From the NCBI GenBank assembly GCA_035403105.1, contig DAONEN010000001.1, positions 32,184 through 96,183 on the forward strand: 64,000 nucleotides of DNA, read 5' to 3'. The position numbers and the translations under genes were made by a program. This DNA comes from Candidatus Egerieousia sp. (GTDB lineage Bacteria > Bacteroidota > Bacteroidia > Bacteroidales > UBA932). The notes under the pieces were generated by a model. It was not told the origin of the DNA. It did not search any database and saw only the letters and a list, made by a program, of their open reading frames with translations. Positions 57,031 to 64,000 of this stretch are shown here, piece by piece (the stretch's first letter is position 1; each line of letters opens with the position of its first letter).

Positions 57031-57067
57031 CATTTGCCGCTCCTTAAGAGGCGGCAAATGCTGTTTT
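57031..57067 (+). terminator. Rho-independent terminator
   Basis: CATTTGCCGC-loop-GCGGCAAATG is a perfect 10-bp stem followed by CTGTTTT. Confidence 0.8.
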
Positions 57068-57136
57068 AAGGAATGGACCTCCGCATAAGCGGAACTACAA
57101 ATAATGTTAAACAACTAACCAATTTATTAATTAATT

Positions 57137-59083
57137 ATGAGCAAAGAAGAACCAATCGTTGGAAATGAGGAGACTGCAGAGACTCCCGTCCGCAAAAAAG
57201 AAGACTCTTTAGAGGCTTACAAAGAAGAAACCGCAGAGGCTTCTGAGCAATCTAAAAAAAGACACAGCAACGCATCTGTTGATCCTGCAAAATTTAAATG
57301 GGATGAATTTGAGAAGGCTGCTGATTACGGCGCGCCAAAAGAAGAAGTAGAAAAAGAGTATGACAATACATTCTCTAAAGTTCTTGAGAATGAAGTTGTT
57401 GAAGGAACCGTTGCCGCCATGACAAAACGTGAGGTAATGGTAAACATCGGCTACAAGAGTGAAGGCGTTATTTCTATAAGCGAGTTCAGATATAATCCGG
57501 ATTTAAAAGTCGGAGACAAAGTAGACGTTTACGTAGAAAGTGTTGAAGACAGAAACGGAAAATTAATAGTATCACATAAAAAAGCATGCGCTCTTAAGTC
57601 TTGGGATAGAGTTAATGAGGCTTATGACAAGAGCGAGATTGTTAAGGGATATATCAAGTGCCGTACTAAGGGCGGTATGATTGTTGACGTCTTTGGAATA
57701 GAGGCTTTCTTGCCTGGTTCTCAGATAGATGTTAAGCCAATCAGAGACTACGATATCTTTGTTAATAAGACAATGGAATTCAAGGTTGTTAAAATCAATC
57801 ATGAATTCAAAAACGTAGTTTTGTCTCACAAGACTTTGATTGAGGCAGAGCTTGAGGCTCAAAAAGCACAGATTATCAGCAAGCTGGAGAAGGGACAGGT
57901 TCTTGAGGGAACTGTTAAGAACATTACTTCTTACGGAGTATTTGTTGACCTTGGCGGTGTTGACGGTCTTATCCATATCACAGATTTGTCATGGGGCAGA
58001 ATTAATAATCCGGAAGAGGTTGTTAAATTAGACCAGAAGATAAATGTTGTTATCCTAGATTTTGACGGTGAAAAGAAGAGAATCGCTCTTGGTTTGAAGC
58101 AGCTTACTCCTCATCCTTGGGATGCTTTGGATCCAAACTTGAAGGTTGGAGATAAGGTAAAGGGCAAGGTTGTAGTCATTATGGATTACGGTGCTTTTGT
58201 AGAGATTCAGCCTGGTATTGAGGGTCTTATCCACGTATCAGAGATGTCTTGGTCTTCTCATCTGAGAAGTGCTCAGGATTTTATAAAGCTTGGTGATGAG
58301 GTTGAGGCACAGGTTCTTACTTTAGACAGAGATGAACATAAGATGTCTCTTGGCATGAAGCAGTTAAAGGCAGATCCTTGGACAACTATTATGGATAAAT
58401 ATCCTGTCGGGAGCAAGCATACTGCAATTGTTAGAAACTTCACAAACTTTGGAGTTTTTGTAGAGCTGGAAGAGGGTGTTGACGGTCTCGTACATATCAG
58501 TGATTTGTCTTGGACTAAAAAGATTAAACATCCTTCTGAGTTTACTGCTCTTGGTGACAAATTAGAGGTTGTCGTTTTGGAAATTGATAAGGACAACAGA
58601 AGATTGTCATTGGGTCACAAGCAGTTAGAAGAGAATCCTTGGGATACATTTGAGACTATATTTACAGTTGGTTCTGTTCATAATGGAACAATTGTTTCAT
58701 TCAATGAGAAGGGCGCAACCGTTGCACTTGAATATGGCATTGAGGGATTTGCACCTGTAAAGGGACTTGTTAAAGAGGACGGCACCAATGCAAAGGCAGA
58801 GGAGAAGCTAGACTTTAAGGTTATTGAGTTCAACAAGGGCGCAAAGAAGATTGTTCTTTCACACTCCAGAATAGCTGAGGACAATAAGAGAGAAGCTAAT
58901 GGCGAAAAGCCGATAGCTGCTGATGTAAAAGCTTCTGAGACTGAGGCTACTAAGAAGGCAGCTAAGAAGGTAAAGGCTGGCGTTGAAAAGACTACGCTGG
59001 GTGATATCTCTGAGCTTGCAGATCTTAAGAAGGAGATGGATAAAGAGGCAAAGGCAGAAAAGAAAGAAGAAAAAGCTGAATAG
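57137..59083 (+). CDS. rpsA: 30S ribosomal protein S1
   Basis: Six S1 (OB-fold) repeats (G.V....G..V.L..G..G..H.S pattern), an acidic N-terminal extension and a K/E/A-rich tail. Confidence 0.9.
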   Translation: MSKEEPIVGNEETAETPVRKKEDSLEAYKEETAEASEQSKKRHSNASVDPAKFKWDEFEKAADYGAPKEEVEKEYDNTFSKVLENEVVEGTVAAMTKREVMVNIGYKSEGVISISEFRYNPDLKVGDKVDVYVESVEDRNGKLIVSHKKACALKSWDRVNEAYDKSEIVKGYIKCRTKGGMIVDVFGIEAFLPGSQIDVKPIRDYDIFVNKTMEFKVVKINHEFKNVVLSHKTLIEAELEAQKAQIISKLEKGQVLEGTVKNITSYGVFVDLGGVDGLIHITDLSWGRINNPEEVVKLDQKINVVILDFDGEKKRIALGLKQLTPHPWDALDPNLKVGDKVKGKVVVIMDYGAFVEIQPGIEGLIHVSEMSWSSHLRSAQDFIKLGDEVEAQVLTLDRDEHKMSLGMKQLKADPWTTIMDKYPVGSKHTAIVRNFTNFGVFVELEEGVDGLVHISDLSWTKKIKHPSEFTALGDKLEVVVLEIDKDNRRLSLGHKQLEENPWDTFETIFTVGSVHNGTIVSFNEKGATVALEYGIEGFAPVKGLVKEDGTNAKAEEKLDFKVIEFNKGAKKIVLSHSRIAEDNKREANGEKPIAADVKASETEATKKAAKKVKAGVEKTTLGDISELADLKKEMDKEAKAEKKEEKAE

Positions 59084-59088
59084 ATTTA

Positions 59089-60042
59089 GTGGAATTTTCT
59101 TTTACCACATTGGGTACCGCATCTGCGCGTCCCACTTCTAACAGATATCCAAGCGCTCACATACTAACCATAGGTGGGCGCTTGTTTTTGATAGACTGTG
59201 GGGAAAGCGCTCAGATACAGATGACTAGAGCAGGATTGTCTATCGCGAGAATAGATAATATCTTTATCTCTCATCTGCACGGGGATCATATTTTTGGTCT
59301 GTTTGGGCTGCTCTCCACAATGGATATGATAGGGAGAGTTTCACCACTGCACATGTATGCTCCTGCCCAGATGCGGAACATTATAGATTTCTTTTTGAAG
59401 CAGTTTGGGGGTCTTAAGTATCAGGTTGTTCTGCATAAGGTAAAATGTACGGAGCCCGTTAAAATTCTTGAGTTTAAATCTTTGGATGTATATGCGTTTC
59501 CGCTAAGGCACAGAGTGGAAACATACGGTTATCTTTTTAAAGAGAAGGCACCGCAGCAAAACATTATCAAAGAGAAAATTGAGGAGAAGCATCTGACTAT
59601 AGAGGAGATGGCGCGGCTGAAAGAAGGGAATAATATTACTCGCGATGGCGGTGAGGTCTTGCTCTCTTCTGAACTTACATACACTCCTTTCTACCCGCGC
59701 GGCTTTGCATACTGCTGTGATACAGCTCCTTTCCGTGAATTGTCGGGATGGGTGAAAGGTGTTGATCTAATGTATCATGAGGCCACTTATGGAAATGATT
59801 TGGATGTTCTTGCAAAGAGTACTTTTCATTCTACTGCTGCGGATGCAGCGCAATGTGCCAAAGATGCATGCGCCGGAAAGCTTGTGATTGGCCATTTTTC
59901 TTCCCGCTATAGAAGCGTGGAAGTTCTTCTTGCTGAGGCACGTAAACTGTTCCCGGAAACTTACCTGTCAAAAGAGGGAACGAAATTTGATATCCCTGTT
60001 AATACCGCAGTATCAGATACCAAAAATTTGGCAACTCATTAA
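59089..60042 (+). CDS. rnz: Ribonuclease Z
   Basis: Metallo-beta-lactamase motif SHLHGDHIFGL and N-terminal LGTASARP. GTG start 5 nt after the rpsA stop. Confidence 0.85.
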   Translation: MEFSFTTLGTASARPTSNRYPSAHILTIGGRLFLIDCGESAQIQMTRAGLSIARIDNIFISHLHGDHIFGLFGLLSTMDMIGRVSPLHMYAPAQMRNIIDFFLKQFGGLKYQVVLHKVKCTEPVKILEFKSLDVYAFPLRHRVETYGYLFKEKAPQQNIIKEKIEEKHLTIEEMARLKEGNNITRDGGEVLLSSELTYTPFYPRGFAYCCDTAPFRELSGWVKGVDLMYHEATYGNDLDVLAKSTFHSTAADAAQCAKDACAGKLVIGHFSSRYRSVEVLLAEARKLFPETYLSKEGTKFDIPVNTAVSDTKNLATH

Positions 60043-60089
60043 GAAGTGCACGGTTAACAACTGTCGGGATTAAAATTATTTTATTTGTT

Positions 60090-61721
60090 ATGTCAAGATT
60101 TTTTAAGAGATTTTTATTGTCTGCTGCAATTGTCTGTGCGGCAGGTGTTTATAGCGCTAATGCGCAGAGTTATCTGAACACTCCCAGCACTTATCCTTCT
60201 ATTAATTATAACTCTAATGATTTGAATTTTGCCGCTGCAAAAGTCAAACAGACATTGTTCTATCTCTCTAATTTTTACCTGGATACGGTGAATGTACAGA
60301 AAGTGACGGATGAAGCAATTACCAAAGTTATGCAGCAGTTTGACCCGCACTCTGTTTACATTACAGCAAAGGATGTGGATGAGATGGAGGAGCCACTGGT
60401 TGGGAATTTTGACGGTATAGGTGTTGAGTATGCTATCATAAATGATTCATTATCAGTACAGAGCGTTATTCCAGGAGGTCCGTCTGAGAAAGTAGGGCTG
60501 CATGCAGGTGATAAAATAGTAAAAGTCAACGGAGAGGAGATATGCGGTACTCATCTGACCACCAAGCGCGTGCTGGGTTATCTGAGAGGTGACCGCGGAA
60601 CAAAAGTTAACGTTGCGATTTTAAGAAGAGGGGCAAGCGGAGAAATTGACGTTACTATTACCAGAGATAAAATTCCTTTGAATACCGTTGACGCTGCTTA
60701 TGAAATTTCCAACGGTATTATGATGATTCGCATAAGCCGCTTTGGAGCAGAGACTTATAAAGAGATGATTATTCCGGTTAAACAGTATATCTCCGCTCAT
60801 AAGGGCAAACTTAAAGGTATTATTCTAGATTTGCGTGGCAATCCCGGCGGATATCTGGAGACTGCTTTAACTATTGCTAATGAGTTCCTTGATAAAGGTC
60901 AGCTGATTCTTTATACGGAGGGACGTGTTGTAAAACGTACTGATGACATAGCAAACGGAGCCGGTATTTTGAAAAATGTTCCGCTTGCAATTTTGATAGA
61001 TGAGAGTTCCGCTTCTGCCAGCGAGATTGTTGCCGGTGCAATGCAGGATTGGGACAGAGGCACAATAATAGGGCGCCGTTCATTTGGTAAAGGCCTTGTG
61101 CAGCAGGAGTTTCCGTTGCAAGACGGCGGACGTCTGCGTATGACAATTGCACGTTACCACACTCCAAGCGGCCGTGTAATTCAGTCTCCTTATGAGAACG
61201 GAGAGGCTGACAAATATTATGAGAACGTAATAAAAAGATACCTTTCTGACGAGCGTTTTAATAAAGACAGCATTAAAATAAATGACTCATTAAAATTTAA
61301 GACTCTCAAAAAAGGACGCATAGTCTATGGCGGCGGCGGAATTATTCCGGATGTCTTTATGCCTGTTGATACATCCTTCTACTCAAAGAGTTACATTAAA
61401 TGCGTGAACAAAGGCGTCTTGACAGATTTTGTCAATATCTACACAGACAATCATCGTAAAGAATTTAATGCGCAGTACAAAAACATGGAGCAATTTGCCA
61501 AGAACTATCAAGTTCCCGACAGTTACTGGAATGAATTCCTTGCATACTCCAAAGCTCACGGCGTAGAATTCACAGATCCGGACTTAAAAACCTCCGGTGC
61601 AGAAATCCGTAAGAACCTCAAAGCCCTAATAGTCAGAGCTCTCTATGGTCTTGACGGCTATCTGGAATATGACTACTCTACAGATCCCGAGGTCCAAAGA
61701 GCCTTGAAGGTTCTGAAATAA
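60090..61721 (+). CDS. S41-family C-terminal processing peptidase with PDZ domain
   Basis: Signal peptide, PDZ (GGPSEKVGLHAGDKIVKVNG), the catalytic region LDLRGNPGG ... SASASEIVAGA, and the Lys region RSFGKG. Confidence 0.85.
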   Translation: MSRFFKRFLLSAAIVCAAGVYSANAQSYLNTPSTYPSINYNSNDLNFAAAKVKQTLFYLSNFYLDTVNVQKVTDEAITKVMQQFDPHSVYITAKDVDEMEEPLVGNFDGIGVEYAIINDSLSVQSVIPGGPSEKVGLHAGDKIVKVNGEEICGTHLTTKRVLGYLRGDRGTKVNVAILRRGASGEIDVTITRDKIPLNTVDAAYEISNGIMMIRISRFGAETYKEMIIPVKQYISAHKGKLKGIILDLRGNPGGYLETALTIANEFLDKGQLILYTEGRVVKRTDDIANGAGILKNVPLAILIDESSASASEIVAGAMQDWDRGTIIGRRSFGKGLVQQEFPLQDGGRLRMTIARYHTPSGRVIQSPYENGEADKYYENVIKRYLSDERFNKDSIKINDSLKFKTLKKGRIVYGGGGIIPDVFMPVDTSFYSKSYIKCVNKGVLTDFVNIYTDNHRKEFNAQYKNMEQFAKNYQVPDSYWNEFLAYSKAHGVEFTDPDLKTSGAEIRKNLKALIVRALYGLDGYLEYDYSTDPEVQRALKVLK

Positions 61722-62003
61722 CTTCGGCAGTTTGGAAAAGTGTAGCCCTGTGCGTTTTAGAACAGGATGCTAAAAGTGTACCTCTGGGTTGCACTGTGTA
61801 TCAGTATGTTACAGAAGATCTCAATTTTAAATCCGAGATGTTTTACAACTGCTTGATTATCAATATCACCCCAGACTATACCAGATCAGACAGTTACGTA
61901 ATCGTATTTCCAAGACCCCATGCTCGCATTTCTCCAAACATATTGTCAAAACTGCTGAATAATAATCTTTAAGCGGAGCGGCTGAAATGTCCCCAAGGCC
62001 TCA

Positions 62004-62117
62004 GGCCCGCGACCGTAGGGAGCGTGCCTTTCCGCGGCGGTAGCCGCGTGAACCACAAGGCATTACGCCGCTTTGTGGCGGAATGCTCTGCATGTGGCGC
62101 ACAGCGGCACATGCAAT
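62004..62117 (+). repeat. GC-rich structured repeat, copy A
   Basis: Shares CCGCGACCGNAGGGAGCGTGC ... GCTTTGT ... TGCTCTGCATGTG.CGCA.AGCGGCACATGCAAT with copy B. Three hairpins: 62033-62048, 62060-62086 and 62089-62115. Confidence 0.8.
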
Positions 62118-62395
62118 CTTGGCGCAACTTCATTTTGTGCGCAAAATCTTGTTATGTTCTCGCTTGCGCCTACGGTTTTTTAACGGCTTATTGCCTGGGC
62201 TGCACTTGGTTGAAGAGGAAACTCAGATGCCATTGGTTATGAGTAATTTTCAGCAACAGAGCCGGGCATCTTCGGACAATCCTCTTCAACCTGCGTTCAG
62301 CGCGGCAATGGCGTCTAAAACCTTATGGCTGCAGAGCAAGACATAACTTCAACTTTGCTTGGAAGATGTTCTATAAGACGGGCGGCAGTGCCGCG

Positions 62396-62508
62396 AGTCC
62401 GCGACCGAAGGGAGCGTGCAGCTCCGCGCGACAGCGCGTTAAACCCCAATGCAATGCGCTGCTTTGTAGCGCATTGCTCTGCATGTGACGCAAAGCGGCA
62501 CATGCAAT
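62396..62508 (+). repeat. GC-rich structured repeat, copy B
   Basis: Direct repeat of copy A, offset about 391 nt and roughly four-fifths identical by eye. Hairpins at 62425-62438, 62451-62477 and 62480-62506. It abuts the stop codon of the response-regulator gene. Confidence 0.8.
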
Positions 62509-62509
62509 T

Positions 62510-63193
62510 TTAATCCGTCAGCATCAGACCAGTGCGCTTGTACGTTTGAATATTCACGGCCGTATCTTCCTCCAACAGTTTGCGCAGCTTAAGTATGTGA
62601 TTATCAAGGCTACGTGATGTGAAATAATCATCCGCACCCCAAATTTGATTCATAATCGTGTTTCTTTCAACAATGCTCCCTTTGTGTCTGCATAGCACCT
62701 CAAGTACCTCCGCCTCCTTAGGGGTCAACTTCACTTCTCTGCCTGCTGCATTAAGCACTAAGATATTTCTGCTCTTGTCAAATGTGTAATGTCCTAGTTT
62801 GAAGAGATATATGGATTTTTCTCTGTTTGTCCTCCTTAGCAATGATTTGATTTGTCCGTCAAGCTGCTCTTTTGTAAACGGCTTCTTAAGATATGTGTCA
62901 ATACCGGAAGCATAGCCCTTTTTAAAGTCATCGGACTCTGTCAATCCCGATAGTATAATAATTGGGATATCCGGATTTTTCTTCCTTATCATAGCAGCCA
63001 TAGTGTTGCCATCCATTACCGGCATATCTACATCAGTAACAACTACATCCGGGTGTACAGAAGCAAAAGTATCCAACCCTTTTTTCCCATCCGGTGCAAG
63101 CGTTACCTCGTAGCCTCCAATTACTTTTTCAAGCTCTGATTTTACAATAAACCTGAGCCCGGAATCATCTTCCACAAACAGAACTTTTATCAT
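62510..63193 (-). CDS. OmpR/PhoB-family response regulator
   Basis: REC (FVEDD, VVTDVDMPVMDG, ILSGL, LKKPF) plus a winged-helix output (LTPKEAEVLEVLCRHKGSIVERNTIMNQIWG). Confidence 0.9.
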   Translation of the reverse strand: MIKVLFVEDDSGLRFIVKSELEKVIGGYEVTLAPDGKKGLDTFASVHPDVVVTDVDMPVMDGNTMAAMIRKKNPDIPIIILSGLTESDDFKKGYASGIDTYLKKPFTKEQLDGQIKSLLRRTNREKSIYLFKLGHYTFDKSRNILVLNAAGREVKLTPKEAEVLEVLCRHKGSIVERNTIMNQIWGADDYFTSRSLDNHILKLRKLLEEDTAVNIQTYKRTGLMLTD

Positions 63194-63975
63194 AATATGC
63201 TGTGTTTCAAAGGATACATTAATATAACATTTGTGTATTTATTTAATTCACTCTCAATCTTGACATCTCCTCCTTGTCCTCTAACTATCTGATAAACAAA
63301 GTTGAGGCCAATTCCGTGCCCGCTTCCTTCAGTAACATTATCGCCTCTTTCAAAAATATCAAAAACCTTCTTTAAATTTTCTTTAGGAATTCCACGTCCG
63401 TTATCCCTCACAGAAATCTGCATATAGTTGTTTTTTAATTCAGATGATAATTCAATCCTCACCTCATCCCCGGAATACTTTATACAATTCTCAATCAAAT
63501 TTTCCAGCGCTTCAATAAAGTAATCTTTATCAGTATCAACGTATTTTCCTTTGCTGCAATCTATTATGAAATCAATTTTCCTGCCTGAATTTTCAACTTT
63601 ATACTTTTCTGCAAGAGATTCAAGCACCGGTTGAATTATGACTCTCGATGTCTCAAATTTTAATCGCTTCTGTTCCAGTTTTGCAATAGCAAGCACTTTA
63701 TTGCACAAATCCAGAAGGTGTTTTGCTTCTGTCATCAGTGTAGTAAGATATTCTCCCTTCAAATGCTCGTCGTCTCCTAAAGAATTGTTGTTAAGGCTTT
63801 TAGAAATAAGTGATATAGAACTAAGAGGTGTCTTCATATCGTGAATCATGGCATAAGTATGGTCTTGCCTCATCTTTGCTATAGCTCTCTGTCGCCTGAT
63901 TATGTTAACTTGTTTTACAAGACAATAAATAACAAAGACAATGATTATAAAAGTAGATACGACAAGTTCCCACAT
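63190..63975 (-). CDS. Small membrane sensor histidine kinase (partner of the OmpR-type regulator)
   Basis: One N-terminal TM and the H-box YAMIHDMKTPLSSI. N box ENCIKYS, G1 DNGRGI and G2 GHGIGL are present. The 4-nt ATGA overlap with the regulator gene indicates coupling. Confidence 0.85.
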   Translation of the reverse strand: MWELVVSTFIIIVFVIYCLVKQVNIIRRQRAIAKMRQDHTYAMIHDMKTPLSSISLISKSLNNNSLGDDEHLKGEYLTTLMTEAKHLLDLCNKVLAIAKLEQKRLKFETSRVIIQPVLESLAEKYKVENSGRKIDFIIDCSKGKYVDTDKDYFIEALENLIENCIKYSGDEVRIELSSELKNNYMQISVRDNGRGIPKENLKKVFDIFERGDNVTEGSGHGIGLNFVYQIVRGQGGDVKIESELNKYTNVILMYPLKHSIL

Positions 63976-64000
63976 ATTATTAAGAATTGCCTTGTAAGGA

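Noticed and set aside
62004-62508. Possibility that the two GC-rich repeats are a CRISPR array, or a tmRNA, SRP or 6S gene
   Set aside because: Only two copies exist. The units are ~110 bp long, diverged, and ~280 bp apart, so this is not CRISPR-like. There is no tRNA-like T-loop (GGTTCGA) or CCA-proximal acceptor as tmRNA would have. The GAAGGGAGC segment only superficially resembles the SRP helix-8 motif. Two tandem copies of an essential RNA would also be odd.
62024-62513. Four mutually overlapping ORFs of 62-87 aa on both strands in the GC-rich gap
   Set aside because: They overlap each other in different frames and strands. They are Arg/Ala/Cys-rich as expected from GC-rich non-coding sequence. 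They coincide with the hairpin-forming repeats. No start-site context or known motif was seen.

Overview
This is an AT-rich chromosomal segment of Bacteroidota type, probably Bacteroidales-like. TAnnTTTG -7 promoter boxes precede most transcription units. There is a TonB-dependent receptor with a PnuT-type partner, and many signal peptides end in A-Q. I read about 50 protein genes. The RNA features are 3 tRNAs (Ala-CGC, Arg-TCT, Lys-CTT), RNase P RNA (rnpB, minus strand, in an apparently ORF-free gap) and a TPP riboswitch. I found no transposase, integrase, phage gene or CRISPR array. Most content is housekeeping: msrA, clpB, queE, pssA, ilvE, pyrG, recR, corA, rpsA, rnz, murQ, and C1, S9 and S41 peptidases. 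Six things deserve a second look. (1) A minus-strand operon (15182-25332) encodes a DUF1460 amidase-like protein followed by four sensor-kinase paralogs joined by ATGA overlaps. Kinases 1 and 3 have lost the phospho-acceptor His (Asn and Thr instead), and the only receiver domain is fused to a His-less member. (2) Two diverged ~110-bp GC-rich direct repeats lie at 62004-62117 and 62396-62508. Each folds into the same three hairpins with compensatory substitutions, and a long hairpin sits between them, all in the gap between convergent genes. (3) A 1144-aa single polypeptide fuses GH18-like, CE4 deacetylase and processive GT2 synthase modules. (4) An uncharacterised cassette encodes two paralogous MFS transporters, a UPF0309 SIS protein and a creatininase-family hydrolase. 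(5) The clpB gene lacks the N-terminal domain. (6) A histidine-acid-phosphatase gene is frameshifted. All functional calls come from motifs read by eye and remembered family signatures. No database search was run.
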